Source of the DNA: Raillietiella orientalis | Lineage: Eukaryota | Reading direction: 5' to 3' | Length of the DNA stretch: 64,000 bases | NCBI GenBank assembly: GCA_036172245.1 | Contig: JAYWIR010000020.1 | Span: 1,922,001-1,986,000, forward strand | Part shown: in pieces, positions 40,701 through 51,100 of the stretch | Position numbering within the stretch: position 1 is the stretch's first letter | How the letters are laid out: each line of letters starts with the position of its first letter | The notes under the pieces: generated by a model | The model's database searches: none | The model's input: only the letters and a program-made list of their open reading frames with translations | What the model was told of the DNA's origin: nothing | Translations under genes and position numbers: made by a program

Positions 40701-43700
40701 TGTCACACGCGCCTCCTCCCCCTCTCAAAAAAAAAAAAAGACTAAAAAGAAAAAAGAAGAAAAAAAAAGACACTGCTGCACATAGGTTGCCGCTTCCGCC
40801 GCCGAACCACCGCCCGGTGGAACCTCCCGAACGGACAACCGCGCGGCGCTCGCCCCCGCACCGCTGGGGCGGGGCGTCGGAGGAACATGTTCCACGCCCA
40901 CGCGCGCGTGCCCTCCGGGGCGTCCTTCGCCCCGCAACGAGACGGGCGGGCGCTCCTTTTGATCGCCAGCGCGAGCTCCCGGAGGCGGCGAGCTCTTCGC
41001 CTTCGTCGTCATCATCCGCGACTAGTCCGCCCTCCACTGGTCCGCGGCCGCGGTGCTCCGAGCCGCGCGTTTCGCCTGCGGGGATGGGCGGCAATCGCGG
41101 ACGACGGCGACGAAGACGAAAAGTGTCCGTCACGAACCACCTGCCCACTTCCCTCCCGGACTTCCAGGGTCCGGGGTCGCCCCTCCCCCACATCCCGCGG
41201 CTCCCTCCCGCCGGACGACGACATCGTCGCCGCGGAAGATGAAGTCCTTCCATTCCAGAAGTCTTCCTACAACGAAGGCGACATGAGGAACGCGGAAGCT
41301 GCCCGCCTGGGCTTCCCCGACGAAAGGGGCAGGCCCGAGACTCCCAGCATCCGAGGGTCGTTGCAGGGCAAGCCGGGGGCTCAGCGCCGCTCGTTCGCGG
41401 AACGCACTTCCGGCCCGTCCCCCCTGCTCGGGGATGCGGCGGACGTCCGGAAGGATGTGCTGTTGGAGCACCAGCGCGTGACCAGGACCTACAGGGGCCG
41501 GAGCCCCTGCGGAGCGGAAGACGCGAGGGGAGGCAGCCTGGAGAGAAGGCCCCTGGCTGAGGCGTCCTCTTCCACCAGAGGAAGGAGCTTGGACAGGCGC
41601 ACGCGAGATGGCAGCACCGAGCGCGACTCGGGACGCCTCTTCCGCGAGGAGAACGTGGATCGCCGCTCCTTCCGGGAGAGGTTGGACGGCTCCTCACCCT
41701 CGGACGGACGTCACGCGAGGCAGGAGCGGTCCCACTGGGTCCCTGACAGTCCCAGGACCCGCGCCCTGGACGGCGATGGCCTCCCCGGCCGGTGGGAGAG
41801 GACCACGGAGCGGAGCGTCTTCTCGGAGACGGCCGTGGGCCGGGGAGGCGGTGCCGACAGGAGGAGGGAACGGAGCACCGAGAGGAAGGTCTTCCTGGAG
41901 AGTCCCAGGGACATCAGCGCGGACAGGAGGAGGGAGCGGAGCGCGGAGCGGAGGGTCTTCCTGGAGGCGGCGGATGGGGAGCCCAGGACAACTTCTTCCG
42001 CTCGCTACTGCTACGAAGGTACCCCGCGAGCGGTTGGGGTGGGAAGGTGGCAGCAAGACGTCTAACCCACCCGCCTTCCAGAGCGAAGTTACCCTTCCAG
42101 CCCGCTGCCCAACCCCAGGCTCAAGCAGAACATCAAAGAGCTGGACAACCTGCTGCATGGGTTGAACAACACGAGGCAGCAGGAGATCCTGGACAAGAAA
42201 GGTGAGTTTGGAACACGTTCCCCCTCCCCCTCCCCCTTCCGCCGGAGACGTGTTCCTCCTCTTCCTCAGAGATGTACAGAACCAGCCAGCTTCGGGAGGA
42301 AGTGCCTGTGGGCCACAGCACCCCCTACCTCGACCGGCCCCAGGGGAAGGTCTTCTACGACGCCCGCGTGGAAGGCCCCACGGAGCGCACCTCCGAGCTG
42401 CTGCCCTTGCGCCCGGATGGTGGCGCCACCGGGAACGCGGCGCTCCCGGCGGAACCGGGCAAGACGGTGGTGTCCTCCAAGAAGATCTACAAGCAGTACA
42501 AGTACGACTGGTCCAGCACGACGAGGAACGTCCCCGGAGGCGAAGACGACGGACGCCAGCAGCCGTCGCTCCCGGCTCCGGAAGCGCCCACGCTGCCCCG
42601 GGACGCCGTCGGGGACGGACTGGGGCAGCGACGCCGACCGACACCCGGCCCGAAGGAGGGTCGCGACGACGAAGGGCCGCCGCAGAGAGGATCGACGTAC
42701 TACGAGGTCAGCGAGGACCAGGAGGTCGTCCACGGGGAGTCCAGGGCGGCGGCGACCAGAAGCCACCAGACGTACCACCCCGCGGAGGTCATCTGCCAGA
42801 GCGATGAGCCCAGGAACAGGAGCCAGTACATCCCCAAGAAGGTCGATGACCTCATGGCCAGCATGTCAGACTCGGAGGTGAGTCATCTTCCCGGCGTCGC
42901 ATCGACCCAGCCCTGTCCCCTCTACCTCCGACCTTCCCGGGGTCTCTCCCGGGGGCAGGGGCTGGTCCGTCACACCCCTGAACTCGGGAGGAGGAATAGC
43001 AGACACCCCACGGGATCGCCCATGCCAAGATCCTCCCCTTCCCCACAACCTTCTGAGGGACGACGCCTCGTTCGCACCCCCACTGCGGTCCGGCAGCACT
43101 GGAACACCCTGTGCGTGAAGAAGGCGCTTCGCCGCGGCAATGCGTGCGCGCGCGTCCCTCACAAAAAACGTGCGTGTGCGTGCCAAACTTTCTCCCCTCA
43201 CCCCGCCTCACTCCGACCCTCCTCCGCATTTGGGGGGAGGGGAGGGGGGGGCAAGAAAGAAGGGATAAGAAGGGAGCGTATCCAGGATAGGTGGGTCGCC
43301 CCACGCCTCCACAGGATCCTGGCGCTGAAGGAAACGGGACCAGTCGGGATGCCGCGAAGGGCTCTAGGGCGTTGCCTGGCCCGAAGAGAAGGGAGGGTAC
43401 GCGAGTGTCTGGAGAGGGCCCCTCCCCCCTGACGTCCTGGAAGACCGGGACGCGAGTCCCTGCCTCTCTGCCTCGTAGGATTACTCCGCCTCGCAGCAGC
43501 AGCAGCAGCCCCCGGGAAGGAAGCCCACGCCCTCTCCCAGGCAACCGGTGGCGCCTGCGGGCTTCTCTGCCTCGGAGGAGAGGGTCCAGCAACAGTCGCA
43601 GCAGATGCTGCAGAGGTCATATCGCGACGGAGGAGGGTCGGAGGCGTTCCAAAGTCCTCCCGTGGCCCCGGAGGTCAAAGGCCCCGCCGTGTACTACCCG

Positions 43701-43981
43701 CCCACCTTCGGAGACACCTTGGGGCCGGAAGGGGGCCAGATGAAGGTAGTAAACGTGGGAGGGCGCGCGCCCCTCCGCGCGGCGGCGGCAGGCCGCTCTC
43801 TCCCCAGGTCAAGGAAGGGTGGAAGGCGGAGCAGTCCGGCGGCGGGAAGGCCCGCGCCAAGGGCAAGTGGAAATACTCGCACACGATGAAGGAGAAGGGC
43901 AAGGAGAAGAAGGGTGCGGTCGCCATCCCCCTCTGCCTGCCCCTCTGCTGCGCCGCGCCCCTCTGCTGCACCATCATGTGA
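34796..43981 (+). CDS. Uncharacterised 713-aa protein with three paxillin-like LD motifs and a C-terminal CaaX box; exons 34796-34859, 40373-40521, 41259-42018, 42082-42201, 42270-42877, 43479-43745, 43808-43981
   Basis: All six introns are GT-AG with compatible phases (1,0,1,1,0,0), and the ATG has a strong context (agcagcATGG). The translation includes MAAVQAKANPHSRERNWDVHL|DDLLNDLQLSVTP..YYSE|KSSYNEG..RYCYE|ERSYPSSPLPNPRLKQNIKELDNLLHGLN..|EMYRT..YIPKKVDDLMASMSDSE|DYSASQ..VKGPAVYYPPTFG..|VKEGWK..KARAKGKWKYSHTMKEKGKEKKGAVAIPLCLPLCCAAPLCCTIM*. The exon 3 acceptor and the exon 1 assignment are the least certain parts. Confidence 0.8.
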
Positions 43982-44629
43982 GAGGCCGCGTCGCTCCTCC
44001 GGAGCCGTCGGCCGCTCCCGACCTTTCCCTTCCCCCCGCACGGGAAGGACGGAATAAAGGAGGTCGACCACTCTGTCTCCTCGGGGCGAACTGCCCCAGG
44101 GCACGGGGAGGTCTGGAAAGAAACTCGGCCTTGGTCAGGAGACTCCACGGGGGGGAGGCCGCGAGCGCGCGGCGACGGCACCGAAACGGTCCACAACAGT
44201 CGGCCTCGCCTCCACCTTGAGGAGCGAAGGCGCGCCTCCACAGCCCTTCCCACAACCAGATGAAGAATCTCCTGTGGGAGGTGCCACGTGCCCGCTCCTG
44301 ACCTCGGGCGCGCTGAACCAGAAGGTGAGAGACGGCCCTGGTCGGCTCGCCGTGTCCTCTTCTCGCCCCGGGTAGAGGAGGCGCCTCTTGAATCGCGAGC
44401 GGAATCTGCGGAGGCGCTCGGGGAGGGGCCCTAAGGACTCAGGTAGGAGGGGCGGCGGGAGACCAAAGGCCTTCCGCGGGAGGGCACTGCTGGGGCTTCC
44501 GGCGACGCCTCGCGTCCGGGGGAGGCGAATCGGCAACGGGCACGCTTCGAAACGTCGCCTGGGACACCCCCGTCCGCCTGCCCACTTTTCTGCACGTGCC
44601 GTTCGGTGAGGGGGTGGACTGGGGGCCCC

Positions 44630-44960
44630 TCCCGGACGTCTGCTGACGTCTATCGCCTTCTCCTCCTGACGCATTTTGCGTCGTTCGGGACCGGTCCTAC
44701 AAATCTTCTTCCTGGAGGACGCCGCCCTCTCCCCCGGTTCCGCCGGGAGCGCCACGTTCCTGGTGCCACCGCTGTCTGGGTGCAGGGGCGGCAGCTCGGT
44801 GGTGCGCTGCTCTGTGGGGCCTCCCACGCGAGGGCCGTCGCCTGTGGCCTACGGGCCCTTCCTCCCGAACGGATCTACACGCGGATCCCTCCTCGCGGAC
44901 GAAGCGGGGAGGTGCCTTGGGGGTGCGGGGAGCCGATCGGGGAGATGACGGAACGTGACT
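44630..44960 (-). pseudogene. Inverted, diverged partial duplicate of intron 4/exon 5 (~42210-42570) of the LD/CaaX gene
   Basis: The reverse complement ..cgcgtgggaggccccacagagcagcgcaccaccgagctgccgcccctgcacccagacagcggtggcaccaggaacgtggcgctcccggcggaaccggg.. aligns to exon 5 ..cgcgtggaaggccccacggagcgcacctccgagctgctgcccttgcgcccggatggtggcgccaccgggaacgcggcgctcccggcggaaccggg.. The peptides are GPTEQRTTELPPLHPDSGGTRNVALPAEPG versus GPTERTSELLPLRPDGGATGNAALPAEPG. Confidence 0.85.
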
Positions 44961-45469
44961 CCTCCTCGCGGCGTGCGAGAGGTCAGGCCAAGGGGGTGGA
45001 GCCCCTTCTGTGATCAGGAGAGGCTCCCCTCGTCCCCACCCACCTCCACTGAGCGGCGCGTGAAGGTGAGCAGGCGGGCGAAGACGCCCCAGACGACATC
45101 CCGAAGCGCTCTGAGTCCCGGCGGACCAAAGGATCGGCGCATACCGTGACGAGCAGCGCGGTGCTGGAAGATGAGCGAACCGGCAGCGAGAATTCTCGGA
45201 GGGCGCTTTTTCTTCCGGAAAGGGGCCCGGGAGCTGCACACGAAAGGGGGGCGGGAAAAAGGACATGGCGGCAGGGCGGAAGCGCTCCCGTGACGGGAAT
45301 TCGCCAGGGACTGAGATAGGGGGGGGAGGAGAGGAGGGGATCTTTTTTCCTCGGCCGACTCCGCCGCGCCGTGTGATGCAGCAAGGATGGCTCCGCGTAG
45401 CATCCTCCCCTCTCGCGCCGCTTGAAGTCATCCCGAAAGATCCTGTGGACGCCGCCGCCGTGGCGTTTG

Positions 45470-45720
45470 CGTATAACCGGAGCGGTGGTGGTGGTAGGAG
45501 GCGTACGGTCGCACCACAGCCACTGACCTGCAAGGGACCCGCCGAGATGTTGGCACACCGACCGGTGAGGTTCGCCCCGACAGTAGAGGGAGCGGGTAAG
45601 GGGGCAAGCGAAAAGAAAACCCAAGATAAAAATCAATAAATAAACGTGGGAGGGGGGAAGCCACCCTTGTTGAGGAGGGGAAATTCGGGAAGGGACCACG
45701 TCCTATGCGCCCTTTCAAGG
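45470..45720 (-). mobile_element. 3' tail fragment of the same L1/Tx1-like LINE family
   Basis: The reverse complement tttatttattgatttt..ctctactgtcggggcgaacctcaccggtc..ggcgggtccctt matches 29606-29710 (ttatttatttactt..ctccgctgccgtggagaacctcaccggtc..gcaggtcctcttt). Confidence 0.6.
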
Positions 45721-45769
45721 ATACCGGGCAGCTCCCCCCCATATGATCACTGTTTTTTCCTTCCGACTT

Positions 45770-46554
45770 TTTTTATTTTTATCTGATCCGCCGAGTGCCC
45801 AGTCCGCCGCTCTCCTCCCCCTTAAGGGGTTGGTCCTTACGGGGAGGGGACTCACGAACGAAGCTCTTTTAAAGACTATCCACGCCACCCGAGGGGGCGT
45901 GTCACTCTTTCCGTTAATGGGCCATCCCGTAGGGACTACCCCTATGGACCCAGGAAGGCTCTGGAGGAAGACGTCCGTCCTTCTCTTAGAAGGGAACCCT
46001 CACCCTGGTTGTCTCCCAAGGGACCCTGAACAGAACCTCGTCTTCCTCATTCTCTTCGGAGGATCTTGCTGGAGGAAGTTCCACTCTTCGTCTCTTCTCC
46101 GGAGGGACCTCCAGAAAGGATTCGCTCTCCGTTTGCTCCTCTGAAGAGAACCTCGGAGGCGCTTCCCAATCTCCCTGAGGGGACGCCTCCCCAAAGGGAG
46201 CACCATGCCTTTGACACTCTGGAGAGGAAACCCTTCTGAGAAGGGTACGGCCCCATTGTCACCACCGGGAGGGAATCCTGAAATGAATCAGCCGGCTCCT
46301 CGATTCTAGGAAGGACCATGGAGGGGTCATCTTCCAAATCCCGGTCACTCAATGAAGGCATCCCCAGGTTTCTGACTCCCACGAGCGCCTTACCCGAATA
46401 GACCAACCATCGCCATCCTGAATGGCGAGATATCCAAACCTAGAACGCACCCTCCATTCTCAGGGTCTCGATCCTTCCCCGGGCAGGATTCGAACTCGCG
46501 ACAACTGATGCCACCACGCGCAGAGACCGCAGTCGCACGGTCGCCAGCGCGGGG
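45770..46554 (-). mobile_element. tRNA-derived SINE copy 4 (near full length, A-rich tail)
   Basis: A reverse B-box ggattcgaact lies at 46486-46496. The 3' part (ggcgtgga..tttaaaagagc..gactgg..A-rich tail) matches the tail of copy 1 at 8600-8690. Confidence 0.8.
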
Positions 46555-47059
46555 AGCTCCCCAGGTGATGCCGCCCTCGCCACAATCCTCAAAAAGGGAA
46601 CAAAGAAGAGGACGGCATTCCCCGTCGCGCTGAGCCTCTTAGCGTCGCCCCGGGGCGCCCCCGTCTTTCAGAGGCGGCAGAGCGGCTGCAAGCGATGCGG
46701 CTGGCTGGCGGCAGCAGCGCACCGATAGCGAAGAGGAGCCCTGCAGCGTCTCCTTGGGATTGTCCGACATTCAGCAAAATCCGGAGGGCCGTGCCAAAAT
46801 GTACCCCCGCGGAGGGCAACGCGGTCCGGAAGCAGAGGCGGGAGAGACATTCGTTCCGCGCACTCCCCTCGATCCGATGATACCGGTAGAGTCATTGCGC
46901 AGGAGATCCCGGCACAGCGTGGGGGGGAAGGGGGGGGAAGGGTCTACTCCTGTCGCTTAGAGGAGAGCCTGGCTCTGCCCGAGACCAACGCGCTCTCGCA
47001 CCAGCTCTCCTGGGTGAGTCCCCGGCAATCCGACCCAGCAAACCAGTCCCTTTGGTTGT

Positions 47060-48193
47060 CCACCAAGTTTTGCCGGGGTATTTATTCTATAAATTTACAT
47101 TTTTGTGGAAGAACACGTGGCTCTACCACGCGCCCATGGTTGGCTGAGTCTGCCAGACGGGCGAGTCCGCCTCGGCCAGCAAAGGAAAAGAAAGGGAAAG
47201 GAAAAACCGGAAACAAAAACAAACAAACAGAAAAAAAAAAAAAAAAGAGGGAAAATTGTACACAGGAGGGGGGAGAGGACCACAGTACACCGCGAGGCGT
47301 ACTCTGCATCTCGTTCAGGATGCTGCCACGTTCCGTCCGTATCTCGCCCCCGGGTGAGGCCATCTCGGGACGGTCCTCAGGAAGATCCGCGCCCAGTGGA
47401 TGGCGGCCCTGACGTTTCGGCCTCTCCTTCTGGCGTTCCACGTCGCCACGATCCTGAGGAAACAGCGGAGAACTGCGAGAGACGCGGCTGGAGACAGTGC
47501 AGCAAGCGCCTTGAAAATGCTCCTGGGGTCGCCCGCCGGGATTCCTAGAGTAGCCGCGAGGCGATCCCGAAGGGGTCGGAGGGCAGCACAGTCTAGTCAG
47601 CAGGTGCAGGAGGGTCTCATCCTCCCCGCACCTGCCCCACCCTAAGCGTCCACGCTCCCCCCCCGTGTCCAGTGGTGAAGGCGCGCTTTGCACGGGATTC
47701 CCCCCATGCAACACCAGCAACGCCGACTCCTGCCATCCGTGGGGAGGGCGCCACTGCTCTAGCACGCTGGAGGTCGCTCCACCCCCTCCCGGAGGGATGT
47801 CGAGCAGCTCTCTCCAGCGTACAAGTCCGTGGGGAGGACACTTGAGGTCGCAGCTGTCCGTCACTTCCCTAGTTGTCCACGCACCCGGAAGTTTCCATTC
47901 GGCCGCAGTGCAGCACGTCACTTCCCGCCTTGCAGGGAAGACCTGCCTTCCCTTTGTTCCCTAAGGGAAGGAGGGCAGCAGTGGGACAAGGGCGAGAGGG
48001 TTGGTAAGGCAGATCAACGAGTCGGAGCGGGAGACCTGACCCTGGGAAAATGGGGAAGACGGGCACCGCACCCGGGCGAATGTGCGACCGTTCGGGAAGC
48101 AGCGAGAAAAAAAAAAAAAGGCACGCCGCGTTGCATTGGAAGCATCCGATGTCGTAGAGGATCCGCAGCATCCCTCCACAAATGTTGCTTCCG
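47060..48193 (-). mobile_element. Decayed L1/Tx1-like LINE 3' portion; 47250-48189 is a direct repeat of 27116-28059
   Basis: From 47286 to 48189 the sequence matches 27156-28059 line by line at offset 20130. The ORF-track translations at both sites are identical. Confidence 0.85.
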
Positions 48194-51100
48194 AGTAGTT
48201 TGCCTCCAGCTCACAAGTCCTTTGGGTGGGTCTCTTGGGACCGCCGCGTCGGTTCGTTGATCGTGCACCAAGCGCTTTCCTTCTGCATCCCTTCTTTCTC
48301 AGTTGACTTCCCATCTTGCCCGCAGGCGAAAAGATCCTGTGGGAAGACAACAGGATGATATGCTGGAAGGAGTGTTTCTTCGAAGGCGACGATGCTCTTG
48401 GAGGAATCAACAAGGTATGAGATTTCGATCGGAAGCAAACTGGTCAGTTATGGTATTCATCTCGAACTATACGATTAACCCTACTGGTGCTCCAGCGTAC
48501 GAGGACTGCTCTGTGCATTCCCCCCCTTCCCCCCTTCTTAAGACTTTGATTCGGAAAGGTTTACGTTAGAAGACACATCCTCTCATCGCATCTTCCCTAC
48601 CCCTGCGCATGTAACGGCTCGTGTTCCTTCTTGAGTGGAGAAGTCCCCTGAAGATCAGGCCGGCAGGAAGACGTCTTTGCCTCCTCACTCATCCTCGTCG
48701 CGTTTCCTGAACCTTCGCTCGCGGATTGCAGCAGCTCAGGCTTAGCCCCACGGGACCAGCCAGAGCTGGATGAGGGAGAGAGGCACAGCCACGGCGTGAC
48801 CCGTTCTTGGTTTTTGTTGTGAGACCTAGCCTTATCGTGCATGAGAAATGAGAACGCCTTGCATCTTCTCCTCTGGTCCAGCCCGCTCTATGAGCACGCA
48901 AAAATTTTCCATGCTATGTATCTTCCCACCCCCCTCCCCCGGAATTTCTCATGTCTTTCTGTGCAGTTTTGAAACCGAAATCACCTCGAGGTTGGGAGAT
49001 TGCCGACTGGCTTATCATTAAGATTAACTTCCCCTCTTTCGGGAGACGCTCGCACTTCTTTCCGAGCTCCAGCAGTACTTCTTGTGGGCAGCAAGGTCTC
49101 TGCAAATGTTTCCTTCGACGTCTGAATACACCCTCCACTGCTTCGTATCTGTGGGAAATGCTCTCCCGCACTCCTTGCTGCTCGAAACACCGGCACCTGG
49201 AGGAACATTCCGAAGATTCACCACCGCAGAAGTGAATGTTGAACATCCCGTTTCCACCTCTTCTGGCAAGGAAAAAAAAAAAAAAAGTGACAGAAAGACA
49301 CAGACAGCACACGAGGCAAAGAGTATCAAACCACACTCGCTGATCGGATGCGAAACCTTGACGCTGCTTAGCGAAACTTGCAGGTTTAGCGATCAAAACG
49401 GCAGCTCTCCAGCTGCTGATGTTGCTCCCAAAGAAACCACCATACTTCCGAACTCGGAATTTGCCAAGCAACGGGTGATGCGTCGAACACCGTGGACAAC
49501 AAGGGAGCAGCCACGCAGGCAGAAAAGCGAATGCGGATCCACTTGGATTCCATGCGCTGCTTGGCTCGCGCTCGTGCCACCGCAGATACGCGCGCCAAAG
49601 ATCAGCGATGGCCGTCTTCGAATATAATTTGACCAAAGTTTTACCTGAACCACAAAGATTCTGAAAGGTGTGGCGAGGACAGCGCGTGGAGGGGGGGGGG
49701 GGAATAAAACAGGGAGATTTCACCCGTTTTCCGTGTATGGACAATCCCTTCCCAAGCAAGTGACTTGCACTTAATCTACAGAGCTATTCAGTTTCGACGC
49801 AAGGAAATCCTCTATCATTCGCAAGCATCGGTTTGATGCACTCTCTCTGAAGCGATCTGCTTAGAGACTGCAACCTTCATGTTCCGTTCCACGTGAGAGA
49901 TCAAATGGCTTCCACTGCATCATAAAGACCAATGTAGTATTTTTCATGCACGGCGTTGTTCGATCAGAAGGTTAAAGTGCTCCAACACCCGTGAAGTCAC
50001 ACCATATAACCGAATCAAGAAAGTGTATACTTCTTCCTTGTACCATCCTCCAGAACCATCATCAACGATATTGGCAAATGCAGCTTGCAGATCAAATGGC
50101 AAGTTTTCACTCATTATACAAGGAACGTACGCAAATGCAAACTGTAGATCATCACTGGGACGCATCTGATGATAGGCTGTCTGCTGAAATTGGTGCTGAG
50201 ACCTGTCGTTAAGTTCCATCATTCTGAGCTTGTCGACAAGATGTGTGCTGGAGCACGTAGATACTGCAATCCATATTCTGCATTTATTAGCGTATAGCAA
50301 AGCTATCACTGTCTACTTGGTTTTCGAATGTTGCTAAAACTTGATTTAAAACCATGGCTCAAATGATCTGTTTGTCTTGTAGCCCACGTGCTCCAGAACG
50401 TTGCCTCGGAAACATTACCATGAGCGACCGAAATGAGAGTTTTTCCAAGTCGCTGCACTGTACAAATAAGTGAGGATAACTTTGCTCCTTTTCTGGAGAA
50501 AACCCTCTGGAGTAAGATAACCAAGATTCAGCTCTTGTTGAAAGTGTGCCATATGCAACATAACTGAGGTAGGCAAGCTTGATGCACTCATATTCACATT
50601 AGACAGTAGTGATAGCAGCTGCATTTCAATAGATGACTGCTTTTGGATTTGGGGATTCGCCCGAATCACAAACCTCAAAGGAGAAATTGCAAGATTCGGA
50701 TTTCGCCTTCTTCCTTTCTTGTTGATGGGAAGTTTTAGCATGTGCTTCTATTCTCCAGAGATCAGATAGTATGGTATTCGAATGAAGATGTATCGATCGT
50801 AGTCCGATTCGTCCACAAGCAGAATGGAGGAATCAATTCTCGAGAAGGCCGCGTCACTTCAAGTGAGGATCACTTCGCATGAAAGCTTTGCTTCAGTGGT
50901 GACCTTAGTTCTGCCTTTGCATTCCCTTAAATAGCCGTCGAAGTTAGTTAGTTACATTAGTTACTTTATTCTTGTAGTTGTCACAATCTAAGTAATAAGT
51001 GCAGATCTTTTTGTTTCATGGATCGCCTTTTTCTCTTTCTTTTTTGGTTTCTTTTCAATTCCATGCCACTTTACACCTCTGCGATGTCAAAAATTAATCA

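Noticed and set aside
27116..48189. Direct repeats as LTRs of a 21-kb retroelement carrying a captured gene
   Set aside because: No TG..CA ends, PBS, PPT, TSD or gag/pol were found. The repeats are internal pieces of LINE ORF2, and the enclosed gene retains its introns.
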